Notes under the pieces: generated by a model
What the model was told of the DNA's origin: nothing
Seen by the model: only the letters and a program-made list of their open reading frames with translations
Databases searched by the model: none
IMG/VR virus record: IMGVR_UViG_3300027772_001865
Span: 17,427-81,426 of that record
Reading direction: 5' to 3' (one strand)
Length of the DNA: 64,000 nucleotides
From: a virus
Lineage: Duplodnaviria; Caudoviricetes
In this document: positions 1 through 10,496 of the stretch, in pieces
How the letters are laid out: each line of letters begins with the position of its first letter
Numbering within the stretch: the stretch's first letter is position 1
Program-made: the position numbers and the translations under genes

Positions 1-4
1 CCAA

Positions 5-3000
5 TTGGACTGGGATCAAATGGTTGTTGAGTTCTTGTACTGGAGTCAGCAGGGATGGGAAAACAGTTGTTTAATCAATCTCAATCCATTGGCCAGTGCA
101 TTAACAATTACCAAACCAGGTGCGGTGGTGGACAGCATTGTTACACAAACCAGCGAAAATGTTTTGCTGGATCAAAACAAGCGTGAGCTGCCTGCTCGCA
201 ATATCAATATTGTGCGACTAGACAACACATTGACACTGCAACCATTGACTGATCAAAGTCTAAGTTTTGCTGACTTACGTTTCACAAACTTTGAACACAT
301 GATTGTGCTAAACAATCAAAGTGTGTTTGGAGATTTAATTTATGAACCTATTACCGGTGCTCGTCAAAGCAGATTGAACTTTGTTGGCATAACCAGCACT
401 GAATGGAATGGAACTGTTGACGCTCAAGGCTTTATCTTGAACCAAGACAATGTGGAAGAATGGTCTGGCCTTAAGAAATACAGCAAAGGTCAAATTGTCA
501 AGTATAAGGATCAGTATTGGAGTGCCTTGGTCATTGTTGATCCTAGCATAGAGTTTGATTTTAACAAGTGGACCAAGAGTGACTACAGTCAGATTGAACT
601 AGGACTATTGCCAAACATTGCCAACAAGGCAAATCAACTACAGAATTCATACAGTGTTAACACTGCCAATCTAGAAGGCGATAATGACTTGTTAAGCTAC
701 GGCTTGATTGGTTTCCGTCCTCGTCAGTACATGGCAGCATTGAATCTTGATGATGTTAGCCAGGTAAATGTTTACTCACAGTTCTTGGGTTCAAAAGGCA
801 CAATACTTTCAGCAGAATTGTTGAGCAATGCCAACCTTGGTAAAGAATCCGCAGACTATCAAATTTACGAAAACTGGGCAGTACAACGTGCAGTTTACGG
901 CGCCAACGCTAACCGTAGTTTTGTTGAACTAAAATTAAATCGTGCATTGCTAAGTGCCAACCCAAGTCTGGTGCAGGTTATTCAACCTCAAGAACAAAGT
1001 CAAGCTGACCAAACTATCTTCTTGAGCAACGTATGGCGACAGAGTTACAAACTGACTTCTCCAGACTTTTTACCTACCACAATAACTGAAATCACAGACA
1101 CCGCCTTGCCAAGTGCGGGTTATGTCAATCTTGAAGACGCTGATATTACTACGTTTGATCTTGGAACAAGATCAACTATTGCTGCCAATTTAGGACTGGT
1201 AAGTGTTGGTGCCACTGTTTGGGTGGCCAAAGTCAACAACTACGACTGGGACATTTATCGCTGTATTAACATTCCTGGATTTATTGATCACGTGTGTGAT
1301 AACCTGGATGGAACATCAATTGTAAACTTTACAAAACCACACGGTCTGTCTGTTGGTGATCGACTGATCATCAAGCAGTTTGATGTGAGGATAGATGGTG
1401 TGTATCGTGTGCTAACAGTGCAAGGAATTAATCGTGTTACTGTTGCGTATACATTCACTCCTGGAGGCCAAACAGTTATCAACGGCGTTGGTATTGGATT
1501 CACCTTGCAAACTCAACGTGTTGCACAGGCCAGCGATATTATAAACTTACCTTACACAAATGATATTCAAACAGGTGCCAAGGTATGGGTTGACGATGAC
1601 GGTACAGGTCATTGGCAAGTTTTACAAAAAGAAAACCAGTTTTCGGATGTGATTGAACTGTCACCTGCACTGCTAGACGCAACCGAAGCATATGGCCAAA
1701 GTGTTGCTCAAGCTCGTAATCGTTTTGCCGCATTGGTAGGTAGCCCACGCTATGGATTCAATACCGGTGCAGAACAAGGTGCTGTGTACGTGTATGTCAA
1801 AAACTACAGTGAGCAATATGCACCAGTAAGCCCTGTGGCCAATGGCGATGCTATTTTAACTCTTGATATAGATGGTGTGCGCGGATACGGCAACGCCGTA
1901 GACTTTGGAAATCAAACATGGGCTGTGGCAGGTGCCAGCAAAAGTCTAGGTATAGCCGGAGAAGCTGATGTTGGGTATGCCGCAGTAATCTATCGTGATC
2001 CAAGTCTTGGTGAACCTGGTGTAATTCCTTATGTACAATGGCAGTTGTTGATATCGCCTAATAACACCGAACCAGGATTGTTTGGACACAGTGTTGCAAT
2101 CAGCACAGACGAACGTTGGTTGTATGTTGGTGCGCCTGCTGCTAACAAAGTATATGCATACGGCCAAGTTGATTGGCAAGATCAGTTTGTTAAAGCAAGA
2201 GGTGACGGTGTTACCAAGATCTTTAACTTATCTCAAACCATACAAATTAATGCTGCCACTCAGTTGCTTGTGACAGTGGATGGCACAGAGCAAGCTCTTG
2301 GTACAGACTACACAGTTGACAGCAGCCTGGCCGTGGTGACTTTTGCAACTGCGCCACCAGTTGGCGTGTTAATTGATATTCATCGCTACAACAGTAAAAA
2401 TATTGACGGAGGAAATTACTACGACGTTACTCAAACAACAACATCTGGTCCAGGCACAGGTGCAGAGTTTACTATTAGACGAGTACGTAACGAAGTTGGA
2501 CAACCCGGCAGTGTTTCTGGTGGAGTGGGGGTCACATTTGGTGGCACAGGGTACACAATAGGTGATACAATATCATTTGCCCCAGGCAAGTTTGGTGGCG
2601 GTGGATCAAGCCCTGCAAACAATATTGTATTAACTATAGCATCAGTTGGCGCAGGCGGCAAAGTTGAAACATTTACTATTGCATATACTCCTCCAAGTTT
2701 AATTGACACGTTCTCTTTAAATGAATTCTTCTTTACCGTTAATAACATTTACTCATTCTCTGTATATGTCAATGAGGTATTGTATCGACCAGGTATTGAT
2801 TACACATTTAATACCGGAACCAAAGACATAACATTTGACGCAGGGTCTATTCCTCCGGCAGGCACTTTAATTACAGTGCAAGCCCAGAGTTATTACGAAT
2901 ATGTTGACACACTAACTGTTGCTGGACTAGCAGCTGATGCACAATTTGGTTATAGCGTAACTACCACAGTTGATGGCCGGCAAGTCATGATTGGCTGTAA

Positions 3001-6000
3001 AGACGAAGACATTGATGGCAAAGTTGATGCTGGCAGTGTGTATGTGTTTGATCGTAATGTCCAGCGTTTTATATACGGAACTGATCCCAGTTCAACTATG
3101 TTCACGGTTCTCGGCACAGTGACCGCACCAGTAAGTGTTATAGTGAACAATGTTTTCTTGATAAATCAAACAGATAGCATTATTGGAGCGCCAGATAGTT
3201 TCACAGTTGACGGTAATAACATTACAATCAACGCAGATTTACAAATTGGCGATGTGATTGACATTGAAACAAATCAATTTTCACTGATGCAACAAGTTAT
3301 ACAACAGACTGTTAATTTGTCCAATGCAGTGGTTGGTAACCCAATGGAGTTTACCAATTTTGGTCACGCTGTAGACATCTGTTCATACAGTTGTAGCTTG
3401 TATATTGGTGCACCTCAAGACAGTACCAACGGTTGGAAAGCCGGTAGTGTTCAACGCAATGTTAATCAAAGCAGAACATATGGCAGCACGGTAGCATTGA
3501 CCAAGGATCCTGTATTAACTCCTGGTGATACATTGCGAGTCAACAATCAAGACATTGAAATTTTATTCCCCACTGCTGAACAAACCAGTCTTCAACGCCT
3601 AGCACAGTCTATTACAGAAACTGTGCCAAACGTTGTGGCCAGTGTGACCAATGGATATTTGACCATTGCTGTAGCCAATTCTGCTGCCGCGGCTCCTACA
3701 AATAAACTTCAGGTCGCACCAGGGTCAGTGGGATCTGCGTTTGATGACATTGGATTTACTACATTTGTTTACACACAAAGTATCTACAGTCCTTATCCAG
3801 TGGATTTTGCAGGGTTTGGATCAAGTCTCAGCATAGATGATTCGGCTGCAAATCTAGTGGTGGGAGCACCTCGTGGTACACTATATTTGATCACAATCTT
3901 TGATGATGGAACAACTGACTTTGATGAGAACAGCACAATCTTCTTCTCAGAAGTGGTGCAAAGTGGAGCGGTGTACACATATGACTATCTGCGCAGTGCA
4001 AACGAAAGCGCAACCAACCCAGGCAAGTTTGTGTTTGGTTTACAAATAACTGACAGCAACATTTACTCATATGATGTGTTTGGCGCATCAGTAAGCTATG
4101 TTGACGGAGTGTTAATGGTTGGTGCATCAGGAAACGATGCCACCGCGGCTGACAGTTCAGGTTCTAATTATGGTCGTGTGTTTGTGTTTGAAAATGCCAC
4201 TCGCACACCGGCCTGGACTCCATTACGAATACAACAACCAGTGGTAGATATTCGTTTGCTAAATTCAGTATTCACATACGACGTACTAACCAGTGCAAGA
4301 ACACAACAATTTGATTTCTTCAATCCATTACAAGGAAAAATCCTTGGAGCAGCCAAACAAAATATCAATTACATAAGTGCAATTGATCCAGCAGGGTACA
4401 ATGTTGGGCCGGTTAACAACTCAGGCAATACCTGGTTGGGCGAACATGTGGGTCAAGTTTGGTGGGATATTAGCACAGTGAGATTTATTGATCCCAACCA
4501 AGATGATATTGTATATGCAAGCCGTCGTTGGGGGCAAGTGTTCCCGGGCAGTACCATAGACATGTATCAATGGGTTCAATCTAGTGTACCACCAGCAACA
4601 TATACCAGCGAAGGTACACCGTTGAATGTTTACTCATACACAGTGAGCACAAGATTAGGGATTGACGGTACATTTAATACCTATTACTATTTCTGGGTCA
4701 AAGGTCTTACAACAGTTGCCGCTCAACAAGGCAAGACGTTGTCTCCGCAGACTGTGGCCAACTATATTGAAAACCCCAAAGCCAGTGGAATTGCATACAT
4801 TGCTCCAGTGAATGCAAGTACCATAGCAATTTACAATGCCACTACAATCATCGAAGCAGAAGACACAGTGATCAGTGTTGAATTTGATCGTGAATATACT
4901 GACAGCAACGTTCACGTTGAATATGAGTTGATTGCGCAAGGTAAGTCTGATGCGTTCCTAAGTACCAACTTGTACCGCAAACTGCAAGATAGTTTCTGTG
5001 GCGTTGACACCGCTGGCAATTTAGTTCCAGACCCTACATTAAACGCCGCTGAACGCTATGGAGTACAGTTCCGCCCACGCCAGTCAATGTTTGTGAATCG
5101 CTTCGAAGCTCTAAAAAATTACATTGTGCGCACAAACAATGTGTTATCATTGTACCCAATTGTTGAGAACCGCAGTTTTGTGCTGTTAAATTCTAGCGAG
5201 CCAGAGCCGCCATCAACTGCTGGCGGAGTCACAAATTGGAACCTGCGTGTGGCCAACTTGGAAATTTTAAGTTTCCAAGATATTAGTATAGTACCAGTTG
5301 GTTACAAATATTTGGTTGCCAGCGACAGCCGAAACAACGGACTGTGGACCATTTACACAGTGCAGTATGGCCAAGGTGTGTTGATCAGTGTAAAAGAGTT
5401 GGTGTTAACTCGTGTGCAAAACTATGACACTCGCAGATACTGGAGTTATGTCAATTGGTATCGTCCAGGATATAACTCAAGCACCAAGGTCATTGCTGAG
5501 GTTCCTAACTACAGTGCATTGGCCACAATCAGTGTGCCCATTGGATCCAGTGTTAAAGTTATTTCTAATGCTCAAGGCAAGTTTGAAATTTACTTGTTTA
5601 CTGATCTTGGCTGGGAACGTGTGGGATTACAAGACGGCACAATTGCAATATCAGCAGAAATATACAATTATGCACTGGGACGATTTGGATTTGACGTTGA
5701 AGTATTTGATGCACAGTACTACGACCAAGAGCCTGTGATTGAAACACGCAAGATTATACAATCAATCAATGAAGAATTGTTCATTGACGAACTTGCAATT
5801 GAACGTAACAAAGCATTGACTTTAATGTTTAACTTTGTGTTGAGTGAATTCTCTGCACCTGAATGGTTGGTCAAGACATCATTGATTGATGTAGACCATA
5901 ACATTCGTAACTTGGAGCCGTTCCAGAACTATCGCCAGGATAATCAAGAGTTTGTGCTCGACTATATTCAAGAAGTCAAACCGTATCATGTGCAAATTCG

Positions 6001-9000
6001 TGAGTTCAACTTGTTGTACAACGGCCAAGATGCATACGGCGGTGACGTGACCGACTTTGATGTACCAGCATACTATAACACCAGTTTGGTTGTGCCACAA
6101 TACACCAGTCCAATCTTGAATATTGACAATACTACTGATCCTCGTTATCAACAGCCCTACCTGCACAGCACACATCAACAGGACAATACACTTAGTGATA
6201 CTCCACCGTCAAGCCTAGTATGGCAGGCATGGCCGTATAGCCAGTGGATCAACAATTACTTGTTGACTTTGCAAAGTATCAAAATGGTCACTGGAGGTAG
6301 CGGCTACACAGAAGCACCAACTGTCACACTTGATGGTGATGCAACAACACCTGCAATACTGCAAGCATTCCTAGGCCCAGTCTCTGAGTCAGGCACAGCA
6401 TCAGTGCTGTACATTGCAATCATTGATGCAGGTTCAGGATACTATGCAACACCCACAGTGGTATTCAGCGGCGGCAACGGATCTGGAGCACAAGCATACG
6501 CGGTGATGGGCAATGATCTTGTTCGTAGTTTCCGCACAGTTATCAAATACGACCGATATCAATACCAAACAAATATTCTGACCTGGAACACAAACGGCAC
6601 CTATGAAGATGGTACGCTGGTCAGATATGCTGACCAAGTTTGGAGAGCTGCCAGTACCGACTCAACAGCAGTGGTTGGTCCAACATTTAATTTAGATCAA
6701 TGGCAATTGGTTCCTGCTAATGAACTCAGTGGTGTTGATCGTACCATGGGTTATTATGTTCCGGGTGTGAATGAGCCTGGAATTGATTTACCGTTGTTAA
6801 TCGATGGTGTTGGTTATCCAGGAGTTCAAGTATGGAGTGATTATTTCTTGGGTAGCGATCCCAATAGCACACAACTTGAATGCACTGCAACCTCAGCAAC
6901 CAACAACCAAATTACTTGCGCTAACACTCTTGGACTACAAGCAACTGCACCAATCAAGTTTTTGGGTACTACATTTGGTGGAATACAACAATATGTGAAT
7001 TATTTTGTAAAAGACATTGTTGATCAAACACATTTTACTATTTGTACAGATGTAGGTGGATTTGCACTTGATTTAACCACAGCCACTGGATCTATGCAAG
7101 CCATCAGTTTGCAAATTCTAGATGCAACATACTCCAGCAGTTTTGGTGACATTTATTTGGGCACTAGATATTCAGATATCAATGTTGATGGCGGCGAATT
7201 CATTGGATTATACGAGGGACATGCGCCTGAAGAACTGGTCAATGGTGCTGAATTTGATACCTTGGACATGCGTGTGTACACTCGCCCAGGATCAGACTGG
7301 TCATTATACGATAACATTGCCGGCGCAGACGGACACGGTTTCCAAATTTCCAGTCGACGATATGTATACGAAATAGGTCAATTATTAAACTGGGACGGAC
7401 TAGTAGAAAACCCAGTGCATCTTGTAGTTAGCAATGTCAATACAGGGCTGGATCTAGTGCCTGATGTAGACTTTGTTGTTGATTGGGTTAACCGCACCGT
7501 TGACATGATTGCTAGAGTTTCAGTTGGTGAAATTGTAAACATCTCAGCATACGAACTAGGTGGTGGAAGCCAGTTGTATCGACAAAATTACGTTGGTAGT
7601 GATGTTGTGGATACCCTGATAGTTCCGGTTGAGGCTACTGAAATTTATCAAGCGGTGTTATTTGTCAATGGCGTTCTTACTCCGGTAGATACCTGGGAAC
7701 CATACTATCCAGGAACAGAGTGGGACCAGTTAATTGCTTACAACAAACTTGATGTAGTGTATACCACAGGGCCTACAACTTATTATCGAGCATTACAAAA
7801 TGTCATTGCTGGCATTGATATTGCCAACACCGCGTACTGGCAAGAGTTTGTGCCAGCAACACTGAGTAAAATTACTCTGGATCAAGAGTACTCCAGTACT
7901 GACGCTCTCAATATCACAATACTTGGATTCACAACACCAGTACAATATTCCTGGAGTACTCTGCAAACTGAATATTTTGCAGTTACACCTGCAATCAATT
8001 CTAATAAAACTGTAAATTTAACCAATTCAGTTGCCGGTACAAACATACCTAACATGATTGTGGAAATTGATAGCATCAGATTGCGTCCATATGAAGGTAT
8101 TGAGTGGATTGGTGATAACAGTTCTACCAGTTTTGGATTACCACAACGAGGTGGTTATCCACAATCGATTATTGATCCCATCATTGATGTTACAGTGTTT
8201 GTAGACAACGTATTGCAAACACAAAGTTTTGGTGCATTCACTGGGGACTACAGTGTGAGCAACTGGGATGGCTCTAACACGCCAGGCCGCCAGGTACAAT
8301 TTATAACACCTCCCAATTACGGTGCTAGAATTTTGATATCAGTAAGTACCGCGGCAGCGTACTTTGTGTCAGGTTCTCAGTTGCAGTTGATCAGTCCTCC
8401 GCCAGTTGGCGCCACAATTTCTGTGGGCACATTCAATGATACATCTCAACAAAATATCTTGACTCAAGTTTATCAAGGACCTGTTGAGGGCGGTGTGGTC
8501 ATTGATGAGCCATATGATACAACTGCCTTTGACACCGGAGTAATTAACAATGATCCAGGATCATACGACTACTCTGAAGGCATTCCTTTGTTATCAAATC
8601 AATTTGACCTTGGCAGATCGGATGTAGACACAAGCCGACTTTGGGTAACACTCAATGGTTATAGACTATTTGATGGCCAGGACTACACAGTGCAAGGACA
8701 ATATGTAATTTTTGCTGGCGGCGCAATTGCTCCTAGTGATATTGCAGTAATACAACAGTTTACCAATAGTATTGTTCCGGAAGCCATGGCTTTCCGTGTG
8801 TTCCAAGACATGCGCGGAGTACAGGCAACTTATAGAATTACAGACAACACAACCACAGAGTTAGTACAAAGCATGTCTTCAACCGCTGACATTGCATATG
8901 TGCGTGATGCAACCCGCCTGACAGAACCTGATTTAATAAACGGGATATTTGGTGTATGCACCATTGGCGGCGAGCGTATTATGTATCGTAATCGTAATAC

Positions 9001-9694
9001 TGCTATGAATACCATTTCAGGACTCATGAGAGGTACTGCTGGTACTGGAGCCGCTACCCACATTGTTGGTGTTCCAGTATATGACATGGGCCGTGGCAAT
9101 TTGTTAGGAGAAGAATATCAAGATCGCATCATCAAAGATGACACGTTAGCAGACGGATCAACAACTATATTCTATGCTCCTAGCATTTATCTACCTATTG
9201 TGGATCCTAATGATTCTAGCACTGTATACATTGATCACAGCATTGAAGTTTATGTGGGCGGCATCCGTCAGTATCCCATAACAGAAGTTGGTACACCTAG
9301 CCAATATCGTTACACTATCTTCACTGTAGATCCATTGGTACCTGGTAACCCTTATACAATTGGAGTAGAGTTTATCACTGACAATGATCCGTATAATCCG
9401 CTATTGGCTCCGGCTGCAGGGTCTGCTGTTACTATTGCACAACGTCGTGGATATTTCTGGTACAATAATGGTGCTGTAAGTGCAGTAACCACAGCAATTG
9501 CTGGCAATAGCTACTTTATTAATGCGTTAGGAAATACAGATTTCACTATAATTGGTGCGCCAGAAAACTCCCTGGGAATATTGTTTATTGCTACTGGACC
9601 AGGCACTGGAACCGGCACAATAAGTACTGTTTCTGACGGTGTTGCGCTTCAAGAAACTGCCACACAAGCCGCAAGGTTCTTGCGTGGTTTATAA
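5..9694 (+). CDS. Giant virion structural protein (putative baseplate/tail-associated), 5'-truncated, at least 3229 aa
   Basis: Frame is open to the window edge, so the TTG at 5 is unlikely to be the true start. Contains about 7 FG-GAP-like blades (FGxSV...VGAP...GAVYV), Ig-like GxDYT modules and GSGYTxAPTV motifs typical of phage tail/baseplate proteins. Heads a late gene block. Confidence 0.65.
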   Translation: MDWDQMVVEFLYWSQQGWENSCLINLNPLASALTITKPGAVVDSIVTQTSENVLLDQNKRELPARNINIVRLDNTLTLQPLTDQSLSFADLRFTNFEHMIVLNNQSVFGDLIYEPITGARQSRLNFVGITSTEWNGTVDAQGFILNQDNVEEWSGLKKYSKGQIVKYKDQYWSALVIVDPSIEFDFNKWTKSDYSQIELGLLPNIANKANQLQNSYSVNTANLEGDNDLLSYGLIGFRPRQYMAALNLDDVSQVNVYSQFLGSKGTILSAELLSNANLGKESADYQIYENWAVQRAVYGANANRSFVELKLNRALLSANPSLVQVIQPQEQSQADQTIFLSNVWRQSYKLTSPDFLPTTITEITDTALPSAGYVNLEDADITTFDLGTRSTIAANLGLVSVGATVWVAKVNNYDWDIYRCINIPGFIDHVCDNLDGTSIVNFTKPHGLSVGDRLIIKQFDVRIDGVYRVLTVQGINRVTVAYTFTPGGQTVINGVGIGFTLQTQRVAQASDIINLPYTNDIQTGAKVWVDDDGTGHWQVLQKENQFSDVIELSPALLDATEAYGQSVAQARNRFAALVGSPRYGFNTGAEQGAVYVYVKNYSEQYAPVSPVANGDAILTLDIDGVRGYGNAVDFGNQTWAVAGASKSLGIAGEADVGYAAVIYRDPSLGEPGVIPYVQWQLLISPNNTEPGLFGHSVAISTDERWLYVGAPAANKVYAYGQVDWQDQFVKARGDGVTKIFNLSQTIQINAATQLLVTVDGTEQALGTDYTVDSSLAVVTFATAPPVGVLIDIHRYNSKNIDGGNYYDVTQTTTSGPGTGAEFTIRRVRNEVGQPGSVSGGVGVTFGGTGYTIGDTISFAPGKFGGGGSSPANNIVLTIASVGAGGKVETFTIAYTPPSLIDTFSLNEFFFTVNNIYSFSVYVNEVLYRPGIDYTFNTGTKDITFDAGSIPPAGTLITVQAQSYYEYVDTLTVAGLAADAQFGYSVTTTVDGRQVMIGCKDEDIDGKVDAGSVYVFDRNVQRFIYGTDPSSTMFTVLGTVTAPVSVIVNNVFLINQTDSIIGAPDSFTVDGNNITINADLQIGDVIDIETNQFSLMQQVIQQTVNLSNAVVGNPMEFTNFGHAVDICSYSCSLYIGAPQDSTNGWKAGSVQRNVNQSRTYGSTVALTKDPVLTPGDTLRVNNQDIEILFPTAEQTSLQRLAQSITETVPNVVASVTNGYLTIAVANSAAAAPTNKLQVAPGSVGSAFDDIGFTTFVYTQSIYSPYPVDFAGFGSSLSIDDSAANLVVGAPRGTLYLITIFDDGTTDFDENSTIFFSEVVQSGAVYTYDYLRSANESATNPGKFVFGLQITDSNIYSYDVFGASVSYVDGVLMVGASGNDATAADSSGSNYGRVFVFENATRTPAWTPLRIQQPVVDIRLLNSVFTYDVLTSARTQQFDFFNPLQGKILGAAKQNINYISAIDPAGYNVGPVNNSGNTWLGEHVGQVWWDISTVRFIDPNQDDIVYASRRWGQVFPGSTIDMYQWVQSSVPPATYTSEGTPLNVYSYTVSTRLGIDGTFNTYYYFWVKGLTTVAAQQGKTLSPQTVANYIENPKASGIAYIAPVNASTIAIYNATTIIEAEDTVISVEFDREYTDSNVHVEYELIAQGKSDAFLSTNLYRKLQDSFCGVDTAGNLVPDPTLNAAERYGVQFRPRQSMFVNRFEALKNYIVRTNNVLSLYPIVENRSFVLLNSSEPEPPSTAGGVTNWNLRVANLEILSFQDISIVPVGYKYLVASDSRNNGLWTIYTVQYGQGVLISVKELVLTRVQNYDTRRYWSYVNWYRPGYNSSTKVIAEVPNYSALATISVPIGSSVKVISNAQGKFEIYLFTDLGWERVGLQDGTIAISAEIYNYALGRFGFDVEVFDAQYYDQEPVIETRKIIQSINEELFIDELAIERNKALTLMFNFVLSEFSAPEWLVKTSLIDVDHNIRNLEPFQNYRQDNQEFVLDYIQEVKPYHVQIREFNLLYNGQDAYGGDVTDFDVPAYYNTSLVVPQYTSPILNIDNTTDPRYQQPYLHSTHQQDNTLSDTPPSSLVWQAWPYSQWINNYLLTLQSIKMVTGGSGYTEAPTVTLDGDATTPAILQAFLGPVSESGTASVLYIAIIDAGSGYYATPTVVFSGGNGSGAQAYAVMGNDLVRSFRTVIKYDRYQYQTNILTWNTNGTYEDGTLVRYADQVWRAASTDSTAVVGPTFNLDQWQLVPANELSGVDRTMGYYVPGVNEPGIDLPLLIDGVGYPGVQVWSDYFLGSDPNSTQLECTATSATNNQITCANTLGLQATAPIKFLGTTFGGIQQYVNYFVKDIVDQTHFTICTDVGGFALDLTTATGSMQAISLQILDATYSSSFGDIYLGTRYSDINVDGGEFIGLYEGHAPEELVNGAEFDTLDMRVYTRPGSDWSLYDNIAGADGHGFQISSRRYVYEIGQLLNWDGLVENPVHLVVSNVNTGLDLVPDVDFVVDWVNRTVDMIARVSVGEIVNISAYELGGGSQLYRQNYVGSDVVDTLIVPVEATEIYQAVLFVNGVLTPVDTWEPYYPGTEWDQLIAYNKLDVVYTTGPTTYYRALQNVIAGIDIANTAYWQEFVPATLSKITLDQEYSSTDALNITILGFTTPVQYSWSTLQTEYFAVTPAINSNKTVNLTNSVAGTNIPNMIVEIDSIRLRPYEGIEWIGDNSSTSFGLPQRGGYPQSIIDPIIDVTVFVDNVLQTQSFGAFTGDYSVSNWDGSNTPGRQVQFITPPNYGARILISVSTAAAYFVSGSQLQLISPPPVGATISVGTFNDTSQQNILTQVYQGPVEGGVVIDEPYDTTAFDTGVINNDPGSYDYSEGIPLLSNQFDLGRSDVDTSRLWVTLNGYRLFDGQDYTVQGQYVIFAGGAIAPSDIAVIQQFTNSIVPEAMAFRVFQDMRGVQATYRITDNTTTELVQSMSSTADIAYVRDATRLTEPDLINGIFGVCTIGGERIMYRNRNTAMNTISGLMRGTAGTGAATHIVGVPVYDMGRGNLLGEEYQDRIIKDDTLADGSTTIFYAPSIYLPIVDPNDSSTVYIDHSIEVYVGGIRQYPITEVGTPSQYRYTIFTVDPLVPGNPYTIGVEFITDNDPYNPLLAPAAGSAVTIAQRRGYFWYNNGAVSAVTTAIAGNSYFINALGNTDFTIIGAPENSLGILFIATGPGTGTGTISTVSDGVALQETATQAARFLRGL

Positions 9695-9699
9695 CACGC

Positions 9700-9706
9700 A
9701 TAAATA
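9700..9706 (+). promoter_or_regulatory. T4-type late promoter motif (ATAAATA)
   Basis: 7/8 match to TATAAATA, in the intergenic gap 7 nt before the ATG at 9714. Confidence 0.55.
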
Positions 9707-9713
9707 AAAGACC

Positions 9714-9866
9714 ATGTCAAACACAACGCCAAACAAGCCCGTAGTTACTGTCCCACAGCAGGAACGCCCACGCCGTCCAAACGAGATGGGCACAATCAGT
9801 GTACAGGCACATTTCAGAATTAGTGATCCAGTAACACAAAAAACCATTGTGGAGGGACGAGGATGA
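9714..9866 (+). CDS. Small hypothetical protein, 50 aa (not in ORF track)
   Basis: Hand-translated MSNTTPNKPV...RRPNEMGTISVQAHFRISDPVTQKTIVEGRG*. Its TGA overlaps the next ATG (ATGA at 9863-9866). Confidence 0.65.
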   Translation: MSNTTPNKPVVTVPQQERPRRPNEMGTISVQAHFRISDPVTQKTIVEGRG

Positions 9867-10468
9867 TAATAACTGGACTTGCTAAGATCACAGGGCACGT
9901 GAAAATACATGACCCAAAAAACGGTGAAATTTTTTACGATGATCATAATGCTATTCATTATGAAAATATTTCAATTGCCATGGCACAAACTCTGGCAGAT
10001 CGTAATACAGGATATATCTATCAAATGGCGTTTGGTAATGGCGGTTCTAGTGTAGACCCCACTGGCGTTATCACATACTTGCCCCCAAACACCACAGGTC
10101 AAAATGCTGACTTGTACAATCAAACCTATGCCAAAGTGGTCAACGATAACTCAGCAGCAGACACAGACCCAGAAAATAACAAAATGACAGTGCTACATAC
10201 GTCAGGCAATGTTTATACAGACATTTTGGTAAGTTGTTTGCTGGATTACGGCGAGCCGCCCGAACAACAGGCATTTGATAATAGCACAAATTACAATGGT
10301 GAATATGTGTTTGATGAATTAGGGTTAAAAGCCTGGAACGGAAGTGCAGATAACCTGCGTTTAATTACACATGTGATCTTCCATCCAGTGCAAAAGAGTT
10401 TGAATCGACAGATTCAAATTGACTATACATTGCGCATACAGACATTAAGCAATATCAATGCTGTATAA
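9863..10468 (+). CDS. Putative virion structural protein, 201 aa
   Basis: Lies between the giant virion gene and the fibre gene and is coupled to the upstream ORF. No catalytic motif recognised. Confidence 0.5.
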   Translation: MIITGLAKITGHVKIHDPKNGEIFYDDHNAIHYENISIAMAQTLADRNTGYIYQMAFGNGGSSVDPTGVITYLPPNTTGQNADLYNQTYAKVVNDNSAADTDPENNKMTVLHTSGNVYTDILVSCLLDYGEPPEQQAFDNSTNYNGEYVFDELGLKAWNGSADNLRLITHVIFHPVQKSLNRQIQIDYTLRIQTLSNINAV

Positions 10469-10471
10469 ATA
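10464..10471 (+). promoter_or_regulatory. T4-type late promoter TATAAATA
   Basis: Exact T4 late consensus, overlapping the stop codon and 25 nt upstream of the fibre gene. Confidence 0.7.
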
Positions 10472-10496
10472 TTGATAACAGGAACAGGTAACTGAC

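Noticed and set aside
1288-9958. Many 60-108 aa ORFs antisense to or out of frame within the giant gene and its neighbour
   Set aside because: Shadow ORFs fully overlapping a long motif-bearing gene, with no SD, coupling or recognisable motifs.
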